DNA of 64,000 bases from Octopus vulgaris (GCA_951406725.2 OX597814.1:3286001-3350000), one strand, 5' to 3'; shown: positions 30,605 to 44,930, counted from the stretch's first letter. The notes: generated from the letters alone by a model not told the origin. Numbers and translations: made by a program.

Positions 30605-30798
30605 CTTTAAATTTTGGTACAAGGCTCGAAGTTATAAGGGGAGTGGTGTGTCGGTTGCATTGGGCACCAGTACTTTCACGGGCAGTTGCTTTATCAACCC
30701 AGAAAGGTTGAAAGGCAAAGTTGGTTTCGGTGGCATTTGAACTCACAACATAAAAAGCCAGAGAAAATGCCTTTAAGCATTTTATCCAGCTCACGCCT
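30605..30798 (-). mobile_element. SINE family A, diverged copy
   Basis: GAAAGGCAAAGT...TTTGAACTCA and head remnant CCAGCTCACGCCTT. Confidence 0.7.
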
Positions 30799-30867
30799 TA
30801 ATATTAATGATAACAATAATATATTTCTCATGCCCTTGCGGCAAATAAAAGAACTCATCAACGCCAC

Positions 30868-30919
<52 letters not shown>

Positions 30920-31646
30920 TCTTTTCATCTGCAGCATTCAAAGTATTCATTCAAAGGTTTGTTTGCTGATGTTGTTGATACGAAACTAGATTCCTCCCCC
31001 TACACACACTTTTTGTCCGCGCATTGCAAAGATACAAAGATTATTTGGCGTTAATGTTTGCAAGGAAAACCTGTAAAGGCCCTGCGAGGCTTGACCACTA
31101 TAAACAAGGATTATAAAGAGCCTAACTTAACACTGCAAGTGCCAGGCCGCCATTGAATATATTTACAAAAACCTTTTGCCGAAAGAATAATATAGTTTGG
31201 CTGAAAAGCTTAAAGAGTTCTCTCGCTTTTTTTCCCCTTTCTTTTATATTTCTTTTTCTTTTTCCAGATAATAATGTTGCTTGTTGATGAGAATGATGAT
31301 GATCACGATGATGATGATGATGATGATGATGATGTTGATGGCGGTGCTTGGGGTGGTGGTGGTTGTGGTGACGATATGGAGACGACGAGGAAGCAGAGCG
31401 CATGACGATGACGGTAATAATAACAATAATAATAATAATAATAATAATAAAAGCTGCGCATGCGTATCCTACATTCCATTGACTCTAAATCTTTCAGCCA
31501 ACAGGCTATCATGGACGGTAATTTTGGTCAAATGACTTTTTCTCGTTTTTTTTTTCTCTTTTCCTCCCCTACTTTTCCTTCCATTTTTCGTTTCTACTTT
31601 CACTTTCACATTATTATTATTATTATTATCGTCATCATCATCACCA

Positions 31647-31695
<49 letters not shown>

Positions 31696-32280
31696 CATTA
31701 TTATTACTGTTGTTGTTGTTACTATTATTATTATTTGTTGTTGTTGCTGTTGTTGTTTTTATTGGCGTAAATGAATGGTCGCAGTTTCAACTCTTTCATA
31801 AAAATCTCTCTCAAAGCGCAGACATGACAAGGAATCGATAGAGTTTTTGTTTTGTTGTTCTTGTTTCTTGGTTGTGTTTTTTTTTTGTTCTTTCAATATT
31901 CTGTATATAGCTGTTTTTATTTTTGTTGGTTGTGTTTTTTTTCTCTCTCTCTTGTCATGAATATCTTTCTTGTTTTTGTTGTTGTTATTAACAGTCAACC
32001 AGAAAATGGTGGAATACGAGGTATTAGCGGAGTTTGATGTTGTGGAAGGTGGTGGTGGTGGTGACTGTGGTGGTGGTGACTGTGGTGGGGGTGATGGGAT
32101 GAACAAACTATTTAATGCATCGACATCTGACGAAACCATTTTTGATCGGCCCTCTTTGGGGTCCAGTATTAAAATCAAAGATAATTTTTCATACACAACA
32201 CAACATAACATATATATATATATGTGTGTGTATGTATGTGTGTGAGTGTATACACACGTGTCTATATGTGTGCATACATA

Positions 32281-32317
<37 letters not shown>

Positions 32318-32429
32318 CATACATATACATATATATATATATGTTTTACATATATATATACACACATACATATATGTATATATATGCATACATATGATAT
32401 TTAGATACGTACACACACTCACACATGCA

Positions 32430-32466
<37 letters not shown>

Positions 32467-33833
32467 GCATACATATATATATTTACATATATAGATCCGT
32501 ACACACAGAATCATATATGCATACTTATACACACACACACACATATATATATATACATACATACATACATTCATACATACATACATTCATACATACACGC
32601 ACATACACACATACATACATACATACATACATACATACATTCATACATACATACATTCATACATACATACATACATACGCATATATAGTCACACATACAT
32701 ACACCCATATATAATGACCGCGGTTCAATGACTGAAATAAATAAACGAATAAAAGAATGTGTGTACGTGTGGGTAAGGAGAGAGAAGGGGGAGAGAGAGA
32801 TAGAAATATGAGGGGGGAGAGAGAGGAGAGAAGGGGGAATATAGGAAAGAGTTGCTGAAAAAGAAATATAGAAATTAAAACGACCTCCAAAAATACACGC
32901 TGCACTGATTTGGAGGATTAGAAAACTCTACACACACAACGCACACGCGCGTGTTTATATAGTTGAAATAGGTGGAACATTTTTTTTGAGAATTAGTTTA
33001 TATAAAAATAAATGAATTGATAAAACTATACAACACAAATCTGTACTAAACAATTTATTATGGAAATTGAGAGAAATACGTAGTTTAAAAGAAACCTATA
33101 GCCTATGACTCTAGAAAGTCATCTATCTTTCATAAGTAGTACCTTCAAAATATTCAACCAAAATCACTCTTTTCACCGGAAATTTAAGTCGTAGGCCGGT
33201 AATGCTATAGTGAGGACGACCAGTTTAGAATTTTTATTCTCACGAAAGTTTGCTGATCGACGACTAATATGGCGACGCAATAATATTTTATATATGTTTT
33301 TGCGCGTTTGTTTCTAGGCGGAAGATCCTTTTATTAAGTGGTTGCATTTGAAAAAATACATGCCATAGTTTCAGCAATTTTATTAAGTTTCTCTTGCATG
33401 TTTTCATACTGCCATTTTACCATTGGCTTCGTATAGTGTAGTTTCTAAATCCATCATGAACATTCTTAGAGTTCCGCAGTCTCGCCTTAAGGATGTTAAG
33501 CGTTGCTAGCGCCTGCGTATGTAATTGCCTCCGCTTATACTAGATAAATATGATCTGTGTAAACTTTGCTGCGCGTCATAAAGCTTACATAAATTACATT
33601 CTGGAGAAAAATTTACATATACCTTGTTTTCTATCTTAAAACCCACACACACATACCATCGCATCAAATCTTGACTATTAGCCAATGAAAATCTAGAAAT
33701 ATAGATTAAGGGCTTATGAGCCATTTTCTTCCAAAGGAACATCATACTGCATGACGCTCGAACAAAATATGCAACATTTTGACAAAAAACTTGTTTTGTA
33801 CAATACGCACGCACACACACACAGACACACACA

Positions 33834-33868
<35 letters not shown>

Positions 33869-33899
33869 TATGTTAATACAATCTTCGCATGCATGTTAT

Positions 33900-34230
33900 A
33901 GCTGATTACTATTAATATTCTAATGTTGCTCACTGTCATAAATATAAAAAAATTTGTCTGGTATTTATGTAACGTATCTGCTGGTGGTGAAGTCGCTGCT
34001 AAATTGCCCACCGTTCTTCTACGGCAAGAAATAAAATTGAATTGTCAAGCTGACTTGGTAAAATATATATCTAGGTTTGTTGCTGTTGCACCGAAGTTCT
34101 CAAAGTTAATAACTGGTGTGATCGATAACGCAGCCGCTCAGTAAGCGATTGATATGCGGATCGATTATCTATGGAATTTGTAGAAATATCTTTTTCTGCC
34201 TTAGCCATCCCTTATAGCCGTAAATATTAT
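33900..34230. promoter_or_regulatory. Candidate conserved non-coding element
   Basis: Unique island with CTGTCATAAA, TGTCAA, ATCGAT x2, TTATCT and CGTAAA. Motif evidence only. Confidence 0.25.
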
Positions 34231-34997
34231 ATGCGTGTGTATCTATGTGTTCGTGTCGTGTAGAGAAACTTTAATGTATATGTTGGGTAGAGCATGTCTC
34301 TTTGTGTGCAAGTTCAATTCAGAGTTATAGTTTATATCTGTCAATCTATATACATACATATATAAATATATACATTTGTACACATCTATAAAATACATGA
34401 ACGCGCATATATATATATATATACACATGAATATGTATTTATAAACATATATATGCATGTCTATATATGTATATCTGTAAATATATACATATATGTGTAT
34501 GTGTGGTGTGTACATATGGATATACATATATACACACATGCATATACATATATGTATATATGCATATAAATATATATAATTGTACATATACATACATATT
34601 CCCACATATACATACATATGCAGATATATGTGCGAGTATGGAAGGGTTAATGTAACTCTGTGTGTGTGTGTGTGTGTGTGTGTGAATTTATGTACAACTA
34701 AATACATGTACTTCACATTGATTTCTTGAGTCTTTGAGTGTGTTTTATGTCTAAACTCCCCTAATCCATAGATTAAACTTCAATAACAGAACACATATCT
34801 ATGTCCCTACCACTCTAGTCCTATCTCTACATCTACTCTATACATGGAAATATGTAAATAGATTTATGTTAATTTTACTCGGTCTGCTCATGCGCCATGT
34901 ACTTTATGTAAATGCACGCAAGCACAAATATGCTTACATGCCTATGTGCGTCTGTGAACACATTATATAAATATATATATATACATATATATATATA

Positions 34998-35046
<49 letters not shown>

Positions 35047-35097
35047 CCATATTTATATATATACATATATTATATCATATATATATATATATATTAT

Positions 35098-35143
<46 letters not shown>

Positions 35144-35350
35144 TATATACATATATATATATATATACATATATACACACACTCATATATATATATACAG
35201 AAATATACATATATATATACATACATATATATATATATGTAAAGAGAGACAGAGAGAGGGAGATATTAGATATTTAAAGATATAATACACTTGTGTGTGT
35301 GTGCATGCATATATATACATATATATACATGTATGTATACATATATATAT

Positions 35351-35393
<43 letters not shown>

Positions 35394-35515
35394 GTGTAAA
35401 GTTTTCACACCAATGTATTGGATATTATATGCATTTAGACCATAGAGAGAGGGGGAGACATAGAAATATGTAGGCATGCATGTCTTCTTGTAGTTGTGTG
35501 TGTGTATATAAATAC

Positions 35516-35554
<39 letters not shown>

Positions 35555-35952
35555 TATGTTTGTATGTATGTATGTATGTGTTTATGTGCATCCGCTTATG
35601 TATGTACGTATGAGTATGCATATATGTATATATGCATGTATGTAGAATTCCTCTCAGATTTATCGATCCACATAAATATCGATTACATCCAATCGAGATG
35701 TCGTTGTTTAAAATATTTAAATATATTTAAATGTTGGACTTTAAAACTTAACCATGGGACTTAGTAGCAACTTTTATCTTTAATAATCGATTATTGATGA
35801 CTAACATGGTTGTGTCACCTAAAAGTTGGTGCTAGGATTTATTTTACACAAGACTCTGCCAATGGACGATGTACTGTTAGACATCGTAGAGTAAAAAGAA
35901 AAAAACAAAGTTTTGTTCCTGTAAATAACGATGCCAGAATATATAAATCTAT

Positions 35953-36140
35953 TTTCCTCTTGTTTTAGTCATTAGACAACGGCCTTGCTGGGGCATCGCC
36001 ATGAAAACTTTTTAGTCATTTGTATCGACTCTAGTCCTTATTGTTTTGTTTTTTTTTAAAGAATGGCACTTATTCCATCGGACTAATTTGCCGAACGTCT
36101 ATGTTATAAAGACGATTGTCAAGAAATGGTGATGGGACAG
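35953..36140 (-). mobile_element. SINE family B, 3' half, degenerate
   Basis: Reverse complement of the tail (GGCGATGCCCCAGCAAGGCCG). Confidence 0.65.
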
Positions 36141-36178
36141 AAAGAAACACACACACACACATACACACATATATATAT

Positions 36179-36221
<43 letters not shown>

Positions 36222-36977
36222 AATGGTCTCAATGACACCATTATCTCTTATATATATATATATATATATATATATAACATGTTCACCGTTGTTGATAACT
36301 ATATGACGAATAACACTGTAGTTGTTTATGATAGTCTAACTTCATGTTGGGATCAAAGCGTTTTGTACGAACACAGTTTAGACTTGGGATGAGAGAAAAC
36401 TACTGGGTGTGTGTGTGTATGTGTGTGTGTTTTGGTAGGCTGGCACTATATATAAAACATTTGTAGAAAATTGTAGTTATATTTTTGATTAAATTCGTCG
36501 TAAACGAACAATTGAACGCTGTTGTTTTACACCAGTGATGGTCAACTTTTTTTTATATATAACCTAATCTAAAAGTTTTATAAATCAAGCTTTGAGAATA
36601 AATTTCACCAAATCTCTGACATAAACCCAAGCAAAATCTACCACCCAGTCCTACCTGAAAACGTGATAATTTTAAATTCACTAAAGGGGTGGGGAAGGGG
36701 ATCTTGAAATACGTCTAAATCGATAGGTATGCAATTATATAAATGTCACGGTGTCCCACTAAACATTTTGGCAAATGACCCATTTGTCGGTCATATAGCA
36801 AAAATTGTGCAGGTCATGTATGATTGAGCACGCCTATAATAAAAGGCATTTCAAGCGTGACCATCCTGTTTGTAAGGAACCTGGGAGTGTCATTATTTAA
36901 TATAAGTTTACCTTTCGTTAAAGAAAATGGTATTAATTGAGGGGAACTTACCAGCTATTTCTGGCAGGTTGAAAGAC

Positions 36978-37014
<37 letters not shown>

Positions 37015-37370
37015 ATGAAATAAAAACAAAAACAATGATAGGGCTTCCATGTAGTGGCATAATCTGCTAAAGATAGCAGCCTATTTCTTCTCAAACCCAC
37101 CATTTATCTGTCTGTCTTGAAAAAAAAAATACAGAAGAACCATTAAGCAATATTGACAGATTCACTATGATTCCAAAAATTATGTATGGGCAGAAATGAA
37201 ACATTTTTGAACATAGGTTATACTGATTCGGGGCTGAGCAAGGGCTAAAGAACTTAACAACAAAACCAACTTTCACGGAACCTTATTTCTGTTTCAATAA
37301 TCAACGTTTGCTGTCGATATATCATCTTTCGTTTGTTTACAGATCTGGTCTTTCATTTTGAATGCGTGAG

Positions 37371-37428
37371 ACAGACTGTCGTCTGCTTCTCAAACTGTCG
37401 TCTGCTTCTCAGACTGTCGTCTGCTTCT
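37371..37428. repeat. 19-bp tandem repeat x3
   Basis: CA(G/A)ACTGTCGTCTGCTTCT three times. Confidence 0.85.
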
Positions 37429-37601
37429 CGTTCTGCCTTACTCCTTACTACAATTTCATTTTGACTTCTTTTTTCAGCAATGTCATACTTTTCGTTTTTT
37501 TTTTCAAAATGCCTTTGCAGAAATACATATGTAAACAGAAATAAAAGCGAGCAGTGGACAGGTAGTACACACTTTATTAAAAGCAGCAGAAATATCACAA
37601 T

Positions 37602-37643
37602 AACTGTTACTCAGAATTTCACGTTCCCATTCGTCGGACAGTT
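37602..37643 (-). ncRNA. Minimal type I hammerhead-like motif (CCGA core variant), probably from a Penelope-like LTR
   Basis: Minus strand reads AACTGT-CCGACGA-ATG GGAA CGT-GAAA-TTCTGAG-TA-ACAGTT: 6-bp stem I, stem II with a GGAA loop, quasi-palindromic stem III, GUA triplet, AATAAA about 25 nt downstream. Confidence 0.55.
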
Positions 37644-37765
37644 TTGCTTAATAAAGCATATTACTCTATGGTATTTGAGTACTCTTTTTCCCACCTTGTT
37701 TCACATTTATGCTTCACATTTATGTGCTTACACCGGTATATATATACACACATAGGCTATATAAG

Positions 37766-38002
37766 GTAGTCGTAGTTTACGACCGGTCAGAAAGTTACTG
37801 TTAGTTTCACATCCATTATTTCTCTTAGCAATACAGGCGACTCACCTAACCTGTTGGCCCGAGGCACACAACCTCTGCACTTTTACTACCATTAGTAAAG
37901 GACGTATGTGCCTCCGGCCAGTAGGTTTCTTGAATCACTTATATAGTTAAGTGCAATAATAAACCAGTGGTAACTTTCTGACCGGCCTTAACCAACGACT
38001 AC
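37766..38002. mobile_element. MITE with about 33-bp terminal inverted repeats
   Basis: GTAGTCGTAGTTTACGACCGGTCAGAAAGTTAC (37766-37798) versus the reverse complement at 37970-38002, four mismatches. Confidence 0.75.
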
Positions 38003-38548
38003 AGAAAATATTAAAGCCCAAAACAATTTCTTTAGAGCAGTAACATTTTATTTTCGGACCTATGGACAACTGACCGATATATATATATAGGGGAGAGAAA
38101 GACAAACAAACAGATAAATACAGGTAGGTAGCCACCCTAAAATACACATAAGTATAGGCCTGATTCAAGTATACAATTAGCCTCACGTATTCATAGACGC
38201 AGTCACACATGCATGTATATATGTATATATGTTTGTGTATTTATATACATATTTGTCTATATTTGTGTTCATATATGCATATATACACCCCTACTCTATA
38301 TATATATGTGTGTGTGTGTAATTACGTATGTGTTGTATCTATGTTACATGTGTAGTTATATACACATATATATATATACATACACATATTTATATATAGA
38401 TATTCCTCAATGGGTCGTAACATCCCTAGCATCAGCCCCGCCACCATCAGCATCCCTACAACTTCCTCTTCTTTCATCTTTTCACTTAATTTTCCGCCAT
38501 CTCGCTTCCATTTTATCTCTTTATCTAATCAGTTATATGCCCATTATA

Positions 38549-38605
38549 CACCCGTCGGCCAGTGTTCTGGGTACAGTTAGCATTTAATACACTGGCCAAC
38601 GGGTG
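38549..38605. mobile_element. Ultra-short Tc1/mariner-type MITE or hairpin with TA flanks
   Basis: TA|CACCCGTCGGCCAGTGT...ACACTGGCCAACGGGTG|TA. Confidence 0.6.
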
Positions 38606-38885
38606 TATCATTGTTTTGGTTGTTATTAATAGGAGGTGGAATTAGAGGAGCAGTTTGAGGACATATTACTCATATGTTTATTAGCATACACACACGTGTG
38701 TGTGTGTGTGTGTGTGTGTACATGTGTATGTGTGCATATATGTGTGTGTACATGTGTGTGTACATGTGTGTGTGTGTGTACATGTGTGTGTAAATGTGTG
38801 TGTGTACATGTGTGTGTGTACATGTGTGTGTGTACATGTGTGTAGGTGCTGATTGTCAAACACAATAATTGCTAGATAGATAGAT

Positions 38886-39410
38886 ATGTTTCTTTATTAG
38901 CCACACAGGGCTGCACACAGACAGGACAAATTACAAGGTAGAGCTTTTCTTTTGGGGCTAAAAAAAAAGGGGGGTTGGTTTTCGATCAAAAGGGATCGTA
39001 AAAGGAGAGAAAGAGGACAAAAAGGGGAGGATAATTTTTTTTTTATTTAAAAAAGGGGGCGGGGGATTGATCAATAAGGATATTTATCACAGAAATGTCA
39101 ATATGAACAGGTGAGGTTTACCCGTGGAAAGAAAAGCCTACGGAAAAGACCACGCACGGAAGTCACATGTTATATTTCTTTTTTCTTTCTTTTTTTGCAA
39201 ATAAACAACTCTCTGTATTAATTTTTACGGTTCATAGAATCATAGTCAATGTGGCTTCGTCATTCATACGTGCCATCCTTGCTACATTCACCCATTTTTT
39301 TTTTAAACATTCACTAGACGAAACTTGCCTCTCTACTCTCACTTTCCTCTTCAAGTGATACTTGAAGAAGTTGATGAGAGATTGGCCAGAGAGGAAAGTG
39401 TTTGTCTCTA
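38886..39410 (-). mobile_element. 3' end of an L1/Tx1-like LINE (ORF2 C-terminus plus 3' UTR) inserted in (AGAT)n
   Basis: Minus ORF ...SGQSLINFFKYHLKRKVRVERQVSSSECLKKKWVNVARM...IL* (stop 39232-39234) resembles L1/Tx1 ORF2 C-termini; 3' end CAGCCCTGTGTGGCTAATAAAGAAAC; AGAT repeats on both flanks. Confidence 0.65.
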
Positions 39411-39658
39411 ATAGATAGATAGATTGATAGATAGATAGATTGATAGATAGGTAGACAGACAAAAAGATAGAATGACAGATAGACAGATATATAGATGTTA
39501 TAGGTGTGTATGCGTGCGTGTAATAACTAAATATACGTATATAAACCCCCAAACTGAGGCCAAATTGCATTTAAAGTGTTGAGGTCCATCAAATATTTTA
39601 TTATTCAATAGGACAACGAAATGAGAAGCGTATGGCCAACCTGTGGAACCTTAAGATA

Positions 39659-39919
39659 TAGGTGTAGCTGTGTGGTAAGCAGTTTGCATCCAAAACACAT
39701 GGTTCCGGTTTCAATCCCACTGCGTGGCACCTGAGCAAAACCTTGTGAGTGGCTTTGGGAGATGGAAAATGAAGGAAGCCCGTTACATGTATGTGTGTGT
39801 GTGTACGTGTGTGTGTGTGTGTGTGTGTCCCTTACCACCACTTGACCTCTGGTATTGGTGTGTTGGCGTGTCCGTAACTTAGCGATAGAATAAGTCTAGT
39901 GACTGGAACAAATAAAAGA
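39659..39919 (+). mobile_element. SINE family B, internally deleted copy
   Basis: Head and CORE-like segment, (TG)n and tail remnant. Confidence 0.75.
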
Positions 39920-40751
39920 TACCAAAACAACAAATTGACATAAAAATATTTATTTTTCGAAATTTGCATCTAAAATTCCAAATTCTTCAGCCAAATCCGA
40001 ATGCTATCTTGAGATGGCGCTGCAATTTGCCCTGTCAGCGAAAATTCAATCTCTCCTAAATATGAACTGAGAGTTTAGTTTCATTTCTTTTATATTTGCT
40101 TTTTCGTTTTTATTCTACTGTTTTTTTTCTTTTATAATTATTTTTATCTTCATTATTTCTTGTTTTATTTCGGCGTTGTTACCGTTTCTGGAATCTAAGC
40201 CACTTAAGTGTTAATATTGATCTTTGGACTTTGATACCAGACTTCATCTTGAAGGCTAAATGTGTAGTCGATGAAATTGACTCTAGTTTTTGGATTGGTG
40301 CCGTATTTTATTGATCTCCAGAATAATCAAAGACAAAATCAACTCCGAATAGAATTTGTTCACAGAGTTTAAAAGGAAATAAAGAATTTAATACTTCTGG
40401 CGGTTTCAAGTGACACCTAACTAAATATAACCTCCGTAATGTTGGGTTGAGGCGATCATAAGTATCTTAACACCTGATTAAAAATAAACGTATTATTACC
40501 TTCCAGAAATATAAGTGAAGGAAATAATCTGAACTATGGCAAGTTTTAACCACAAAATATAAAAGGACTTAAGCTGTGGCAGTCTGTCGAAGATTGCTTC
40601 CGTGTACGGTCCTACCATAATCTCTATTTAAAAATAGACGATATAAACGCTGGGTTGGTGGGTGGTACGGTGATTGATTCCTTCTGTCACGCTTTAGAGC
40701 GTATAAAGAACGAGGGAGAGAAAGTGTGTGTGTGTGTGTGTGTAAGAAGTG

Positions 40752-41058
40752 ATGAAGCATGGCTTAGTGGTTAGTGTTTTCGGTTCACAACCGCAGGGTC
40801 ATGAGATCGATTCCCGGCAACACGTGTGTCCTTCTGCAAGGTACTTTTTTTTTCACGTTACTCCAGTCTACTCAGCTGTCAAAAACGAGTTGTACCTGTA
40901 ACTCGAAAGGTCAGCCTTGTTTCATTGTGTGTCAAGCTGAACCTCCCTGAGAAATATGTTAAGAATACAAATGTCTGTGGAGTACTCAGCCACTTGCACG
41001 TTAACTGAGCGAGCAGTCTGTTCTGTTGATCGGATAATCAGGAACACTCAATGGAGTG
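40752..41058 (+). mobile_element. SINE family C variant (CORE-like head)
   Basis: A-box TGGCTTAGTGG, GATCGATTCCC, body TCTGTGGAGTACTCAGCCACTTGCACGTTAA. Confidence 0.8.
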
Positions 41059-41293
41059 CTGGTATGTAAAAGTGAGATGCAAAGAGAATTAACATAAGCA
41101 GTGCAGAATGAGTGCACATGCTAGGCTTGGTGGTGGGCAATGATCGACTTTCTAAAAATAACCTCATTTTTATAAAGAAATTTCGCAAAGATACGTCTCG
41201 ACGGAAATGGCTGCGATTATGTTCAATAAAATTTAGGAAAACGATATACAAATCAGAAATTTGTTTTATTTAATTTCATTTTAATGTAATATT

Positions 41294-41664
41294 TCTCTTT
41301 TACTCGTTTCAGTCATTTGACTGCGGTCATGTTGGAGCACCGCGTTTAGTCGAGCAAATCAACCCCCAGGACTTATACTTTTGTAAGCCCAGTACTTATT
41401 CTATCGGTCTCTTTTGCCGAACCACTAAGCTACGGGGACGTAAACACACCACCATCGGTTGTCAAGCGATGTTGGGTGGGGGTGGGTCATACACACACAC
41501 ACACACACACATATATATACATATACACATGATGGGCTTCTTTCAGTTTCCGTCTACCAAATCCACTCACAAGGCTTTGGTCGGCCAGAGGCTATAGTAG
41601 AAGACACTTGCCCAAGGTGCCACGCAGTGGGACTGAACCTGGAACCATGTGGTTGGTAAGCAAG
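41294..41664 (-). mobile_element. SINE family B, near full length
   Basis: Reverse complement of the family B consensus. Confidence 0.9.
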
Positions 41665-41882
41665 TTTATCACTTTGTATAAGCACCAAGAAATTTGATAA
41701 CAATTCAATAATAATAATTGCTTGTATAAACTATTTCTTGATTACGTTTTATCGTCATCTTCTATTTACCGTCATGGTTTGGAATGAAGCACATGGAGCA
41801 TTTACTGTTGAACAAGCATGGTGAACCATGGAGGATTCTATGTCGCACCCTACATCCCCCCACACACACATGTATATAGTTT

Positions 41883-42310
41883 AATGTACACTGCAAGAGC
41901 TACCAACAGTTTCTTGCCATTAAGTCACGTGGTTAAGCAAGGTTTTACAACCTGGCGTGCATCTCCAGGCAATCTTCAGGCTGTGAGTACATGACTTGTT
42001 CTCTTTGAAATCAGGAAATTGTCACATGAGAAACCACAATTTCACCATATTCAAACGGATCTAAGAAATACAACATATGCATAGCAGAAAGATAGTAAAT
42101 TCTTTTCAGATCCAAGAATCTAACCACATGACTTAATTCCAAAATTTTCAGAAAATTTCGGCTTATGGACAAATTTCTTTTGGCGAACTGGCGAACACCA
42201 CCCTCATCGGATGCACAGCTGCCTCGCAGAGTTTGGGCTCCTCCCCGTTGAATTCTACAATAATTAATTTAATTATGACTTCTACGGTTAAAGGGGACGT
42301 AACAAATCTT
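41883..42310 (-). mobile_element. Penelope-like element remnant with a hammerhead-like motif
   Basis: Minus strand AGC-CTGAAGA-TTGCC...GGCAA-GAAAC-TGTTG-GTA-GCT at about 41898-41982; both modules are homologous to 58038-58420. Confidence 0.5.
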
Positions 42311-42581
42311 TTTCCGTGCATATTCGCCTTGTCTTCGCATTCCACTTTTTGCATCAACGGTCTTCTCGTTTTTTCTCGTGGTTTCTCATATGGAACAAAT
42401 CATGTGCCATGTGTTCAGAACCTTAACTTAAATACCTTCCTGACAACGAGTCTAATAGTAAGGCAAAAAACATTTAGTAACTCTTACTTTAGTACAGTGT
42501 ACAATAAATGATATTTATCTCTCACTGGACAGAGTACCTTCTTTTATGATGATCTTATCTCAACGGAACTGTAAACACTGT

Positions 42582-42672
<91 letters not shown>

Positions 42673-43139
42673 TGTACATCATTCATCGAATCATTCATTT
42701 TTGTTTCCGTAGAGGGTAAGATCTGATTTTTAAGTAAGATCTCGGCTGTTATTTCTATTAGATTGAATCAATCAGATAGGCCGTCTCTTGTTCAATTACT
42801 AAATGAGAGTGTATGGAGTCGGTGCGTGTGTTTTTTTGCACTTCCCCCACCCCCTCGGAGCATTATTAACATCTTAAAAACAAACGAAAAGAGTGAAAAG
42901 ACAATGATGAAGAGAAATAGAAATAAGGGATCAACAAAAGAAACAAACAAAAAGGGACCCGAAGGGAATGAAAGTGATGTGAGAAACAAAGTGAATGTGT
43001 GTGTGTGTGTGTGTGTGTGTTCACATTGTTTCTCACATTACACACATATATATATATACAGAGAGAGAGGGAGAGAGAGTCAGGTACACTGAGATACAGA
43101 GGGCACGTAGAAAGATAGATAGAAAAAGAGAGGATGGAT

Positions 43140-43893
<754 letters not shown>

Positions 43894-44204
43894 AATAAAA
43901 GAAGGGAGGAATGTTAGATGGGTGGAATGGCCGTTAAATAGGTTAATATTGACAAATGAAGCCGATAGAATTTACAGGAATTTGGAGAGAATCTAAATAT
44001 TTGGCGTGAAATGGTGCTCACTTAATCTCACCGTCTCTCCTTTACGCCGTCTTTCTCTTCCTCCCCCATACAGGCTTATGTGTGCTTCTATATATGTATA
44101 GATGTATATATGGATATATATATATATATATATGGATATATATATATATATATGGATATATACATATATATACATATATATATATATATACACACATATA
44201 TATG

Positions 44205-44243
<39 letters not shown>

Positions 44244-44261
44244 GTATATACATATATACAC

Positions 44262-44306
<45 letters not shown>

Positions 44307-44930
44307 CATATTTATACATGCACCAATATGCATGCATACATGTAAATACACAGACACATACGTACGCATATATAATAAAGATTTATAAATGTGTGTGTGC
44401 GTGTGTATGTGTGTGTGTGTGTGTGTATGTGTGTGTGTGTAATTAGACTGAAAAGTCAAACAATCCCATTATACTATAACGAACGACAGCAACAACAACA
44501 CCAAACACGAATTAAACAATTTTCAATCAGCGTGGAAACAGCACAAGTTCGACGTTGCGAAATCTCGGGAAAGGCTTCTAATTCTTCACACCCCCCACCT
44601 CCATCCTCCCGCCTCAGACGTGTTCCTCTTCTCAACGTCTTGGAAATGAAGAAATGTTATTTCTGCAAGAATTCTGTTCCTTTATTAGGGGAACATAATC
44701 TGGTTTTGTGTCTAAAATTAGGAGAGTGGTCTGGAAGGGGTGGATTAAAGAAGAGATAGTGTATAGGCAGAGAGAGAAAGAGAGTGAGAGAGAGATAAAG
44801 GGAGTGAGAGAGAAAAAGGGACGGATCGATAGAGATATAGAGATAGATAGAAAGATAGATAGATACATAGGGAGAGAGAGAGAGAGGAGAGATAAATAGC
44901 TAGATAGATACATAGATGGATGGATGGATG

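Noticed and set aside
31015-31040. Minus-strand YLCNA resembling GATA finger HYLCNAC
   Set aside because: The second cysteine and surrounding finger residues are absent, and it lies on the wrong side of the exon.
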